A DNA stretch of 64,000 nt, taken from a bacterium. GTDB lineage: Bacteria; Patescibacteriota; Patescibacteriia; UBA1558; UBA10009. Within the stretch, counting starts at the first letter, position 1. Each line of letters starts with the position of its first letter. The stretch is taken from contig JABHGM010000001.1 in the NCBI GenBank assembly GCA_018672055.1, forward strand, positions 353,404 through 417,403. Direction: 5' to 3'. Both the position numbers and the translations under genes were made by a program. The notes under the pieces were generated by a model. It was not told the DNA's origin and made no database searches. It saw nothing but the letters and a program-made list of their open reading frames with translations. Of this stretch, positions 31,901-40,736 are shown one piece after another.

Positions 31901-34900
31901 TCAACGCTTGGACCAATTGAATTAAATGAATATGTTAACTATTCAGCATCAGGTGTAAATAGTAATAATTGTGCTTCATGTTCAGATGATTTTGAATGGG
32001 AATGGGAATCGAATGATCCAGGTGCTGTTATATCTGATACTAATTTATCAACTAATCAACTACATGCTGAAGGTTTAATTTCTTCTAATCAAGAAATAAT
32101 AATAGCTCAGATAATAGACGTTGAACCTTATCCAATAGGTAATGCATATTTAAATATTGTAGAAGAAACAGGTAATCAAGATAATGAGCCAGGTGATGAT
32201 CAATTACTGCTTGTTGATTATCAACCGGTTGGTGATCAGGTTTGCTTAAATACCTTAGCTCAAGTTGAATTTAATCATGGATTATCGGATAATGGCTTAT
32301 CTCAGTTTAGTTTTTTTAAGTGCTCAACTAGCGAAGGAGACTGTCCAACTTTAGGGGAGGGAGGTAATTGGATATCTGCAGGTTCAGACATTACTTTTAA
32401 TAACAATAATACTCTAGTTAGTATGTCTCCTAGTAGTGGTTTACTTGATCCAGATTTTGATTATAGGATAATTATGTATAGTGGTGATCCTGATATTCTT
32501 GGTGAGAGTCGCATTAGTACAGATGATGGCTTATTCTTAAATCAAGAAGGCTGTGAATATGGAGGCGGTAATTGGTTTCAGGGTATGCAATGGTGCTATT
32601 GGATATTTAGCACAGTAGATGAAAGGTGTGAAGTTGATAGCATAGGAATTTCTCCAAATAATGTTATTAATAATATTAATGATACACAGGATTGGCAGGC
32701 TACAGCTTATGATCAAGAAGGCTTAGCATTAACTGATGTTGTTGACTCATGGACTGTTAATGATAGTGAAATAGCTAGTATTGTAGATAATGGTGATAAT
32801 ACTGCTACTACTGATAGTCTATCATCTGGCAGTACTTGGCTTTATACTGATATAGATATAGATAATATTCGAGGGGAAGCCTGGTTAGAAGTGGAGCCAA
32901 GTATTGTTAATCCTCAAATAATTAGTACTCAACCTATAGGTCAAGAATATTTTTGTACAAACTCATTGGTAGAAGTTACTTTTGATCAGTATTTAAAGAG
33001 AGAGACTGTAAATCAAAATACATTTGAATTAAATCAATTTTCAGATACAGATTTAGGTGGCTGTATTGCTTTTGATGAAACTATAGCTTTTGGTGAGCCA
33101 ACTAATTTAATAAATAAATTTACGGATGTATATTTTAATAAGTTTATATCTAATTTAACTAGTAAGTTAGTAAATTATGTATTTAACAAGGTGTATGCTA
33201 TTGTTCCTGACTGGATTCCTCAATCTGGATATTGGTGTCCCTTAAATAATTCAGGTGAATGGATTTTAGATAATATTGGTGGTGAAGGTAGGGTTAAATT
33301 TCAGCTAAACGAGGTTTTGCCAGGAAATAGTAGTATTCAAGTTTTAATTCAAGGCGGTCAAGGTGGAGTCTTAAGTATTCAAGACTTACCTTTAGATATA
33401 AATAGTGATACTTATGATTATTATTTTAATACTAGTGATACTTATTGTGAATTGAGCTTTTTACAAGTTTCTACTGATTTAGAAACTTATTCGCCAGAGT
33501 ATACTTTTAATATTAGTGAAGATTCTAGCAATCTAGATGAAAATGATCCATTGAGTGGTAATTTTGATACTATTAATGATTATGATAAAGCTTTCTATGT
33601 AACTGGTTTTAGTCAAAATGGTCAAGCTTTGACTTCAGTGCCTGGTGAGTATGAATGGATATGGCGTTGGAATAGTGAAGACACTTCTATTGCTTTAACT
33701 ACAGATTCTGTTAATTACAGTGAGTATTATGATGCAGATTATGATGGTAACTATAATGTAGTACTAGCCGCTAACAATAATGGTGAAACAGATATTACTG
33801 CTCATGCAGTATTTATAGATAACAGTTCCTTGGCAGGTACTGGGCAGGTTATCGTTGATTTATGCGAAAATCCATGGCCAGCTGTAGATATAACTAATTT
33901 AGATAATACATATTATGAAGATACTAATTTTTCATTTGGTTTAAGTTATTGTCGTGATGCTGGTTTATATGGCTTTAATGATGATCTACCTTCACTTGGT
34001 GATATTTCTGATAATGTAACCCTTTATAATATTAGTGCTGATGATTTATTAAAAGAGTATTTAATGCCAGTAGGAGATGATCTTATTGGTTTAAGAGTAT
34101 ATACTAATGATAATCATTTAAGTCCAGCTGAGTGGTATTCAAATAATATACCTGAGTTACAGCAGGGTAATTTATCCTATCTAATAGTAGATGGCTATCA
34201 AGCAATTCAAGATGGTAGAACTATTTACGTAGCAGCTACTAGTGTAACTAATGATAATATATCAATTTATTCAGATATTTTCCTTCTATCATATAACTCT
34301 GAGGCTTCAGCTGAAACAGTTAATATATATAATCAATTAATTGATAGATGGATTTTTAATACAAATATTTTAGAAGAGAATAAGGGTAAGTTAATTAGAG
34401 ATTTAAAAAGGTTAAATGATTTAACCTATATTAAAGAAGTATTAAATAATTATAATGCTATAAATAATACATATCCTATATTATCAGGTGGTACTTTCTT
34501 AACAGGTATGAGTACTTCTAAATGGCCTTCCTGGAATAATACTTTTTCTTCAGAACTTAATGCTTCATTACCTATTGATCCTATTAATCAATTTAATGCA
34601 TGCGCAGATTGCACTTCATCTTCAGATGCTAGTTGTGATAACTATGATATAAATACTTGTTGGAACCCTGATTTAAATAACGGGCAAGGTAATTTTTCTT
34701 GTGACGCTGGTTCTTATTTCTATAGATATCAATATTCATATAATGCAGGACCTGATTATTTATTAGCTGCTAAAATGGAATTTCCATATGTAGGTAATAT
34801 AGCTTCTACTTGGAATCCTTCTTTCGATACTAATCATTTATATTTAAGTACAGAATTTGTAGAAGGTTGTGGTTTTGAATTTTTAGGACAAGTTTGTGGT

Positions 34901-36727
34901 AATGGTTCTATTGAAGGCAGTGAAGAATGTGAGTTAGGTGATTCTATAAATTACTGTGGCTATGATCACGCATATTACGAGTCACAACTAGTTGGTTGTT
35001 CTGATATTGATTGTACTTGGGCTGAAGATGATTCTGGTGTTTGCGGAGGTTATTGTGGTGATGGTAATGTTGATAGTTTTGAAGATTGTGACGGAGGCAT
35101 TAATTGTAGTGACACTTGTGATTTTATACCATATTGTGGTGATAATATTGCTCAAACTTATTTAGATGAAGAATGTGATGGTTCTGATTTAGGTAATTTT
35201 AGTTGTAGTGATAATTCAACACCTAGTTGTAATACGTCTTGTGAAATAAGTTGTCCTTCTGGTGAATTATATGGTGGATCATGTGGTAATAATATAAAAG
35301 AAGGCACAGAAGAGTGTGATGGTCTTGATACGCCTCCTAATACCTCATGTAACACATCCTGTGAGGTAACAAGCTGTACTGGTAGTTATTTAGCTTGTGA
35401 TGGTAATTTAACTGATTTAGATGGTTGTGAAGTAGATATATTATCTGATGAATATAATTGTACTGCTTGTGGTAATAGCTGTTATGATGTTTCTGATATT
35501 AATGAGAATACTTTAGTTGAGTGTACTCAATATATTAATGATGATGGAGATGATTCAGCTGTTTGTTCATATGGTTGTAATCCATATGATACTTGGTTAA
35601 ACTGTGATTATTCTCCAGCGGGTTGTGAATCAAATTATTTAACGGATTCTAGTAATTGTAATGTTTGTGGAAATGACTGTAGTATTGATCCTGGCACTAT
35701 AATTCAAGCTGATCTTGATAATAATATTGATTATTTTTCAGGTTCACCATATCCAGCAGCTGATACTACAATTTATACCTGTGAAAATGGCGGTTGTGGT
35801 TTTATTTGTGAGGAAGGTAGTTATGCAAATTGTGATGAAGTTTCTGATTGTGAAACTATTTTATATAATGATAGTGAAATTACTTGCGGAGAATGTGGTA
35901 ACGGAGTAATTGAAGGTAATGAGCAATGTGAATTAGGTGATTATAGTGCAGAGTTAGTATTTGTTTTTGATATTTCTACAAGTATGGATGATGATGCAGC
36001 TGGTCTATGTTCAGCTTTAGATAGCTTATCTCAAGAATTAGATGAAGATGAAATTAACTATATGTTAACTGTAATGACTTTAAATGGTGGTGTTGGCACA
36101 ACAACTGTTGGCACAACAGATGCTTATGATGCTTTAGTGACTGATTGTGATATATATGGACATGATAATATTCAACACTTTAATTTTTATGATAATTCAT
36201 CAAATAATATTTCAGTTGACGTCGAACAAACTTGTGGGGTAATAACTGGTGCTAAGGAACATTGGGGATATGCTACAAATATTATTGCTCAGTCATATAA
36301 TTGGAATACAGATTATTCAATAACACAAAAGATAATTGTACCAGTTAGTAATGAAGGTCCTTGGTGTGGTGGCGGTAATACTAGTAATGATAGTACTATT
36401 GATAGTGAGGATATTAGTATTGTTTCTACTGCTATTACTACAGCCCTGAATAATTCTGTATTAGTTAGTCCTGTTATAATTCAATTTATTCCACTTGATT
36501 ATGATGAGGATGATGATGATTATGAAACATATTATTATGATGATAATGAAGAACCAGCTCAATCTTACGCTAGTCTTTCCTGGGGTGCTTTATCTGGTTT
36601 AAGTGATAATTTTGTACAGACTGGTGGAATATATACTAATTCATCAGATAATTGGTCTAGTACAATAAATACTATAATTACGGGTAGTACTTGTACTGAT
36701 GAATGTATTTTTCCAGTGATTGAATAA
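28934..36727 (+). CDS. Giant (2597 aa) pilin-anchored surface protein with Ig-like, IPT/TIG, pilin-head-like, Cys-rich and vWA domains
   Basis: Same N-terminal pilin module as the upstream gene; ITIYGSGFG IPT repeats; CGNG.IEG.EEC repeats; LVFVFDISTSM MIDAS motif near the C-terminus. Confidence 0.8.
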   Translation: MRFIKNNLFILILLVVVSFFLIPNLSFAQTDLGLEPVAETGLGSSSLPELIVRIIQIALGFLGILALIVILYGGYTWLSSGGNQDKVADAKKILVNGVIGLVIILSAFSIVTFLITRIFDATGGEALYCEIGQVEECSMSGDCEREKTCIDNGEGNGVWGDCEIIYSGECSPLSDSEFFRLTATAPANGDELNIANVVVQLTFNNNVGDFNAIDLSEGEGVTIVQRSTNNLVPLVGEVSNNPKKLNIYPDKDQAGYACTGHPDLACFPYDSIDDLNNWYTVTVLTEGVVLTNSSGTEVSCLDIPCVFEFKTGFSVDTENPVVDLISAVSNGQFDWNNSDNIDINISESFLFNSQASDDAGLASSNFFENQITLSSTPDLGQGLFLSLIPWSPEDLGYQVSDVKQVGAEVTDYAGNSTQSIKQVTLFSATCYNEIQDGDEIGIDCGGSCPACSDENVDNPIITSIDPPNGASGNWITIYGSGFGESQGTIKYRDQLGNINYIGVPSLGMLVCESPWNDTWIIMEIPDIDLGLVDLQVVRFNSSISSNWYEDFDVNTIQRPGICLMTSDDGYYNDELNIIGHSFGDNTDVRDIFFGQSVERVSASNQSFSIEGSIEHAYGNVPYLESGQTVVRVEIDGEESNGLYFTVIDSNQESSISFSPDSGNVGEYITIYGSGFGDFKGEGTVYFNNNIEGSFDFPDACGTNYWSDDQIVVKVPVGSSDGALRVETDSGYVVTSSTFFDFNNTLDISPGICSITPNSGLIDTPVYIAGEFSEDVLVNFSGIELSDVDIDNNEITILVPNVSSGLVNLEEPTGAESNSVNFSVGQTSQGGEPNDDYFEWQFTTCEDCLIPEVEENGICSNGDLASPSPRPYSTDGFIDQDVTITFNSTMDHSTFIANDSVILEVCDGLEVNCTSSNWSFVLGDNRNSVVLNPDNDFNADTWYRITLTEDIANFEYNMDAEYSWSFKTAQENLQCTADSVIISPYDRREGSTLGPIELNEYVNYSASGVNSNNCASCSDDFEWEWESNDPGAVISDTNLSTNQLHAEGLISSNQEIIIAQIIDVEPYPIGNAYLNIVEETGNQDNEPGDDQLLLVDYQPVGDQVCLNTLAQVEFNHGLSDNGLSQFSFFKCSTSEGDCPTLGEGGNWISAGSDITFNNNNTLVSMSPSSGLLDPDFDYRIIMYSGDPDILGESRISTDDGLFLNQEGCEYGGGNWFQGMQWCYWIFSTVDERCEVDSIGISPNNVINNINDTQDWQATAYDQEGLALTDVVDSWTVNDSEIASIVDNGDNTATTDSLSSGSTWLYTDIDIDNIRGEAWLEVEPSIVNPQIISTQPIGQEYFCTNSLVEVTFDQYLKRETVNQNTFELNQFSDTDLGGCIAFDETIAFGEPTNLINKFTDVYFNKFISNLTSKLVNYVFNKVYAIVPDWIPQSGYWCPLNNSGEWILDNIGGEGRVKFQLNEVLPGNSSIQVLIQGGQGGVLSIQDLPLDINSDTYDYYFNTSDTYCELSFLQVSTDLETYSPEYTFNISEDSSNLDENDPLSGNFDTINDYDKAFYVTGFSQNGQALTSVPGEYEWIWRWNSEDTSIALTTDSVNYSEYYDADYDGNYNVVLAANNNGETDITAHAVFIDNSSLAGTGQVIVDLCENPWPAVDITNLDNTYYEDTNFSFGLSYCRDAGLYGFNDDLPSLGDISDNVTLYNISADDLLKEYLMPVGDDLIGLRVYTNDNHLSPAEWYSNNIPELQQGNLSYLIVDGYQAIQDGRTIYVAATSVTNDNISIYSDIFLLSYNSEASAETVNIYNQLIDRWIFNTNILEENKGKLIRDLKRLNDLTYIKEVLNNYNAINNTYPILSGGTFLTGMSTSKWPSWNNTFSSELNASLPIDPINQFNACADCTSSSDASCDNYDINTCWNPDLNNGQGNFSCDAGSYFYRYQYSYNAGPDYLLAAKMEFPYVGNIASTWNPSFDTNHLYLSTEFVEGCGFEFLGQVCGNGSIEGSEECELGDSINYCGYDHAYYESQLVGCSDIDCTWAEDDSGVCGGYCGDGNVDSFEDCDGGINCSDTCDFIPYCGDNIAQTYLDEECDGSDLGNFSCSDNSTPSCNTSCEISCPSGELYGGSCGNNIKEGTEECDGLDTPPNTSCNTSCEVTSCTGSYLACDGNLTDLDGCEVDILSDEYNCTACGNSCYDVSDINENTLVECTQYINDDGDDSAVCSYGCNPYDTWLNCDYSPAGCESNYLTDSSNCNVCGNDCSIDPGTIIQADLDNNIDYFSGSPYPAADTTIYTCENGGCGFICEEGSYANCDEVSDCETILYNDSEITCGECGNGVIEGNEQCELGDYSAELVFVFDISTSMDDDAAGLCSALDSLSQELDEDEINYMLTVMTLNGGVGTTTVGTTDAYDALVTDCDIYGHDNIQHFNFYDNSSNNISVDVEQTCGVITGAKEHWGYATNIIAQSYNWNTDYSITQKIIVPVSNEGPWCGGGNTSNDSTIDSEDISIVSTAITTALNNSVLVSPVIIQFIPLDYDEDDDDYETYYYDDNEEPAQSYASLSWGALSGLSDNFVQTGGIYTNSSDNWSSTINTIITGSTCTDECIFPVIE

Positions 36728-36816
36728 TTTTAATAATTAATATATAAATTGTGTATTACATATGATGCAATTTAATAGTTAATTTGATATAATATTAGTA
36801 TTAAATAAAATATTTT

Positions 36817-37560
36817 ATGTTTGATGATCAACAACAAAATCAAGTAGGTGAGCAACCTATACCAAAACAAGAACCAGAGCCTACAGTTATGCCTGATTTA
36901 AATGAGGCACCTAGCAATATACCAGTCCCTAATGAACCTGAAGACATATTTAAAGACTCTGAGGCTACTTCAGTCCCTAGTACTCCACCAGAACCTCAGG
37001 CTGCTCCAGAACCATCTGGTCCACCTGAGCCACTCAAAGAATTACCTGATGATTTAGATGGTGATGAAAAAGATAAGAAGTTTTTTATTATGGGTTTAGT
37101 AATTGTCTTTATTATCGTTTTTATAGGTGGCTATTATGCTTATACAAAACTTTTTAAAGATGATGTTATGGATGTACCATTGGTAGATTTTACTCAAGAG
37201 GATTCAATTAATGATTCTAATGATATTATAATTGATGAAGAATCAGATAATGTGCCAACCAGCGAAGAATTAGAACAAGAAATTAGTGATCTTGAAGATC
37301 AAATTACACCAAGTGAAGATACTACAGATTCAGATAATGATGGTTTAACTGATGTTGAAGAATTAGCAATTGGTACTGATCCTTTTGAAGTAGATAGTGA
37401 TGGTGACGGACTATTTGATAGAGAAGAAGTTAAAGTTTATCACACTAATCCTTTAAACCCTGATACAGATGGTGATGGGTGGTTAGATGGTACGGATGAA
37501 GTACATAAAGGCTGGGATCCATTAGGTCCTGGAAGACTCTTAGATATAAATAATCAATAA
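36817..37560 (+). CDS. Single-pass membrane protein with Pro-rich N-terminus and DxDxDG (thrombospondin-3-like) Ca-binding repeats
   Basis: DSDNDGLTD.EE, DSDGDGLFD.EE, DTDGDGWLDG. Confidence 0.75.
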   Translation: MFDDQQQNQVGEQPIPKQEPEPTVMPDLNEAPSNIPVPNEPEDIFKDSEATSVPSTPPEPQAAPEPSGPPEPLKELPDDLDGDEKDKKFFIMGLVIVFIIVFIGGYYAYTKLFKDDVMDVPLVDFTQEDSINDSNDIIIDEESDNVPTSEELEQEISDLEDQITPSEDTTDSDNDGLTDVEELAIGTDPFEVDSDGDGLFDREEVKVYHTNPLNPDTDGDGWLDGTDEVHKGWDPLGPGRLLDINNQ

Positions 37561-37566
37561 TAATAA

Positions 37567-38904
37567 ATGTTTACACCTCCAGACAAACAACCTGAAATTG
37601 TTTTAGATGATAGAGAAGCTAAGGTATTAACAGAAGAACCTGTTGAGCCAGCTGTTGAAGAAGAATTGCCAGAAATTCAAAGCAATGATATCCATACAAT
37701 GCCAGATAAGTTTTTAAAATCAACAGATGCTCCTAAAACAAAAGGTAGAATAAGTTGGGTAGTTTTAGCTTCGGTTATTTTTATTGTAGTAGGTGGTGTT
37801 ATTGTAACTCTATTCCTTTATTTTACACGGGAAGATGAAGTTTTAACTATTCCTGATGATATTAGTAATTTAAATATTAATATAGATTTACCAACCTCAA
37901 CACCTAGTGATTTAGACGATGTTAATGATGATACTGATTTAACTGAGCCTGAATCACGTGATAGTAAGAGATTAAATGATATTTATGACTTAAAATCAGC
38001 TTTAGCTATGTACTTTGCTAAATATGATGAGTATCCAGTTAATTTAAATACTTTACTTAGAGACTATTTAACATTAATACCAGAAAATCCAACTCCAGGT
38101 GGTGATAGTTATGATTATAAAGTAAATCAAGATCAAATTGATTTTGAATTAACTTTTTCTTTAGAATCAGGTGGTCCATTTGGTAACTTAACTTTAGACG
38201 CAAGTAAGTATGTTTTAACACCACAAGGTATTAGATTATATATTGATCCTGATTCACTATTACCAGATGATGAAGTAATAGCAGATACTACTCAAATACA
38301 AATGGGTTTAGATTCAGATGAAGATGGTGTATCTGATATTGAGGAAAATATGTATCAAACTAATTCAACTTTAAAAGATTCAGATGAAGATGGTTATGAT
38401 GATGCTATTGAGATTTTAGCGCTATTTGATCCGGCCATCGGTGATGGTGCTAAGTTACTTGATTCAAGTTCAGTTGCTATTTATCAAAATCCTAGCTATT
38501 TCTATTCTTTAATTTATCCTGCCTCTTGGACAACTACACCTTTAACTGTTGATAATAAGGAAGTAGTATTTATTTCAAGTACTGGAGAATTTTTTGAAGT
38601 AATTATTCAAGATAATCCACTTGGTATGTCAGCATATAGTTGGTATTTAGCAAATAATCCAGGTGTTGATCCAAATACTTTAACTACGTTATTAATTGAT
38701 GGTTTGCCTGCAGTTAAATCACCTGATGGTTTAAGAACATATCTTGGTATTGGTTCAAGTATATATATGCTAAATTATAATGTTGGTGCTAGTATGCAGA
38801 CTAATTTTTATACTTCATATAGATTATTTAGTGAAAAATTAATTTTTATTGATCCTAGTACTATTGAAGTAGGTGATACAGGCACTACAACAACTCAAGA
38901 ATAA
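37567..38904 (+). CDS. Single-pass membrane protein with pilin-head-like segment, DxDxDG repeats and PsbP-like C-terminal domain
   Basis: RDSKRLNDIYDLKSALAMYF...YP...IPENP; DSDEDG twice; YQNPSYFYSLIYPASW. Confidence 0.7.
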   Translation: MFTPPDKQPEIVLDDREAKVLTEEPVEPAVEEELPEIQSNDIHTMPDKFLKSTDAPKTKGRISWVVLASVIFIVVGGVIVTLFLYFTREDEVLTIPDDISNLNINIDLPTSTPSDLDDVNDDTDLTEPESRDSKRLNDIYDLKSALAMYFAKYDEYPVNLNTLLRDYLTLIPENPTPGGDSYDYKVNQDQIDFELTFSLESGGPFGNLTLDASKYVLTPQGIRLYIDPDSLLPDDEVIADTTQIQMGLDSDEDGVSDIEENMYQTNSTLKDSDEDGYDDAIEILALFDPAIGDGAKLLDSSSVAIYQNPSYFYSLIYPASWTTTPLTVDNKEVVFISSTGEFFEVIIQDNPLGMSAYSWYLANNPGVDPNTLTTLLIDGLPAVKSPDGLRTYLGIGSSIYMLNYNVGASMQTNFYTSYRLFSEKLIFIDPSTIEVGDTGTTTTQE

Positions 38905-38905
38905 G

Positions 38906-39313
38906 ATGATAAGTTTATCTATAAACTACAAAGTAAAAATGCCTCTTATCTTTGGAGGCTTTTTAAAAAAGATATCTAAAGTAACTTCAACTAAGCTTAA
39001 AGTTAAAAAAGAGATGGATGTTTCTTTAGTTTTTGTTGGTGAAATGAGAATGAAAAAACTTAATGCAATTTACAGGGGGCAAGATGAAGTAACTGATGTC
39101 TTGTCATTTGGTGAAGTTAATGAAATAGTAATTTGTTTTAAACAAGCCAAGCGTCAAGCTACATCATCAGATACTAGTATTAAGCAAGAAGTAGGTTTCT
39201 TATTCTCTCATGGCTTATTACATCTTTTAGGTTATACTCATAATACAGGGAGTAAGTATAAAAAGATGATTGGTCTTCAAGAAGATATATTAAAAAAGAG
39301 TCTCAAGTCATAA
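38906..39313 (+). CDS. ybeY: rRNA maturation endonuclease YbeY
   Basis: LNAIYRG.D..TDVLSF and HGLLHLLGYTH; ATG 38906 follows the upstream stop. Confidence 0.93.
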   Translation: MISLSINYKVKMPLIFGGFLKKISKVTSTKLKVKKEMDVSLVFVGEMRMKKLNAIYRGQDEVTDVLSFGEVNEIVICFKQAKRQATSSDTSIKQEVGFLFSHGLLHLLGYTHNTGSKYKKMIGLQEDILKKSLKS

Positions 39314-39459
39314 TAACTAGAACAAGTAATTTGTTCAGTAATAAGTTAATTTTGGGGAAAAGTACAAAGGTTGATAATAATACCTTTTTTTAGTATAATT
39401 AATTCACGATGAACTAAATTTATTAGTTTAATTTTTCGTGTAATTAAGGATGATAAATT

Positions 39460-40710
39460 ATGCCTCATGAAAATATAATAACCGGATTAGATATTGGGTC
39501 CAGCTATATCAGAGCTGTTGTCTTAAGAACTAGCGGTGAAGATGGAAATATTGAAATAATTGGCGCTGCTGAAAAGCAAAGCCAGGGTATTTCCAAAGGA
39601 ATGGTTACTGATATTGAAGACGCAGTTTCAAGTATCTCTGAAGTTTTAGAACAACTTGAAAGAATGACTGGTTACCCTGTAGAATCTGCTGTGGTAGGCA
39701 TTTCTGGTACCCATATTAAGACTTTAGAGAGTACAGGTGTTGTAGCAGTAGCTAGAGCTGATAAAGAAATAACTGAAGAAGATGTTGAAAGAGCTATTGA
39801 AGCTGCTCAAGCAGTAGCTACCCCACCAAATCATGAAATACTTCATGTTATACCTCGTGACTTTACAGTAGATAATCAAACTGGGGTAAAAGATCCAGTT
39901 GGTATGAATGGAGTTCGTTTAGAAGTATCAACTCAGATTATAATTGGGCTATCATCACAGATAAAAAACTTAACTAAATCAATATATAGGACAGGTGTTG
40001 ATATTAATGATTTAGTTTTTGGAGTACTAGCTAGTTCTGAAAGTATTTTAGAAAAAAAGCAAAAAGAATTAGGTGTAGCCTTGGTAAACATTGGTAGTCA
40101 TATTACTACTCTTATTGTTTACGAAGAAGGTGATATTTTACATACTGCAGTTTTACCACTTGGTTCAAATCACGTTACTTCTGATATTGCTATTGGTCTA
40201 CGTACTTCTGTTGAAGCTGCTGAAGTTATTAAACTTGAAGTTGCTAAAGCTAGTTGTAAGAAAATTGGTAAACGTGATGAAATAGATTTAGCTAAATTTT
40301 CTGATAGAGAGAATGAAAGAACTATGGTTTCTGTAAAACAGATTTGTGATATATCAGAGGCTAGAGCAGAAGAAATATTTAGTTTAGTTGATAGAGAATT
40401 AAAAATAATAAATCGTTCTGGCTTACTTCCTTCTGGTATTGTTTTAACTGGCGGTGGTTCTAAGTTAGAAGGTTTAGTTGCTATGGCTAAAGATAAATTA
40501 AAATTACCAGTTGTTTTAGGAAAGCCATATGATATTGCTGATAATGCTATTGATAAAGTAAATGATCCAGGTTACTCTACTGCTTTAGGGCTTGCTCTAT
40601 GGGGTAGTCATAGCGGTTACAAGAGATCTAAATTTAATTTACCTAGCTTTTCTTCAGTTGATGATGCAGTAGATAAAATGAAAGATTGGTTTAAAACATT
40701 ACTTCCTTAA
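39460..40710 (+). CDS. ftsA: Cell division protein FtsA
   Basis: GLDIGSS, DPVGMNGVRLE, GIVLTGGGSKL, C-terminal amphipathic KMKDWFKTLLP. Confidence 0.97.
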   Translation: MPHENIITGLDIGSSYIRAVVLRTSGEDGNIEIIGAAEKQSQGISKGMVTDIEDAVSSISEVLEQLERMTGYPVESAVVGISGTHIKTLESTGVVAVARADKEITEEDVERAIEAAQAVATPPNHEILHVIPRDFTVDNQTGVKDPVGMNGVRLEVSTQIIIGLSSQIKNLTKSIYRTGVDINDLVFGVLASSESILEKKQKELGVALVNIGSHITTLIVYEEGDILHTAVLPLGSNHVTSDIAIGLRTSVEAAEVIKLEVAKASCKKIGKRDEIDLAKFSDRENERTMVSVKQICDISEARAEEIFSLVDRELKIINRSGLLPSGIVLTGGGSKLEGLVAMAKDKLKLPVVLGKPYDIADNAIDKVNDPGYSTALGLALWGSHSGYKRSKFNLPSFSSVDDAVDKMKDWFKTLLP

Positions 40711-40736
40711 ATTAATATTAATAATTATATATTTAT

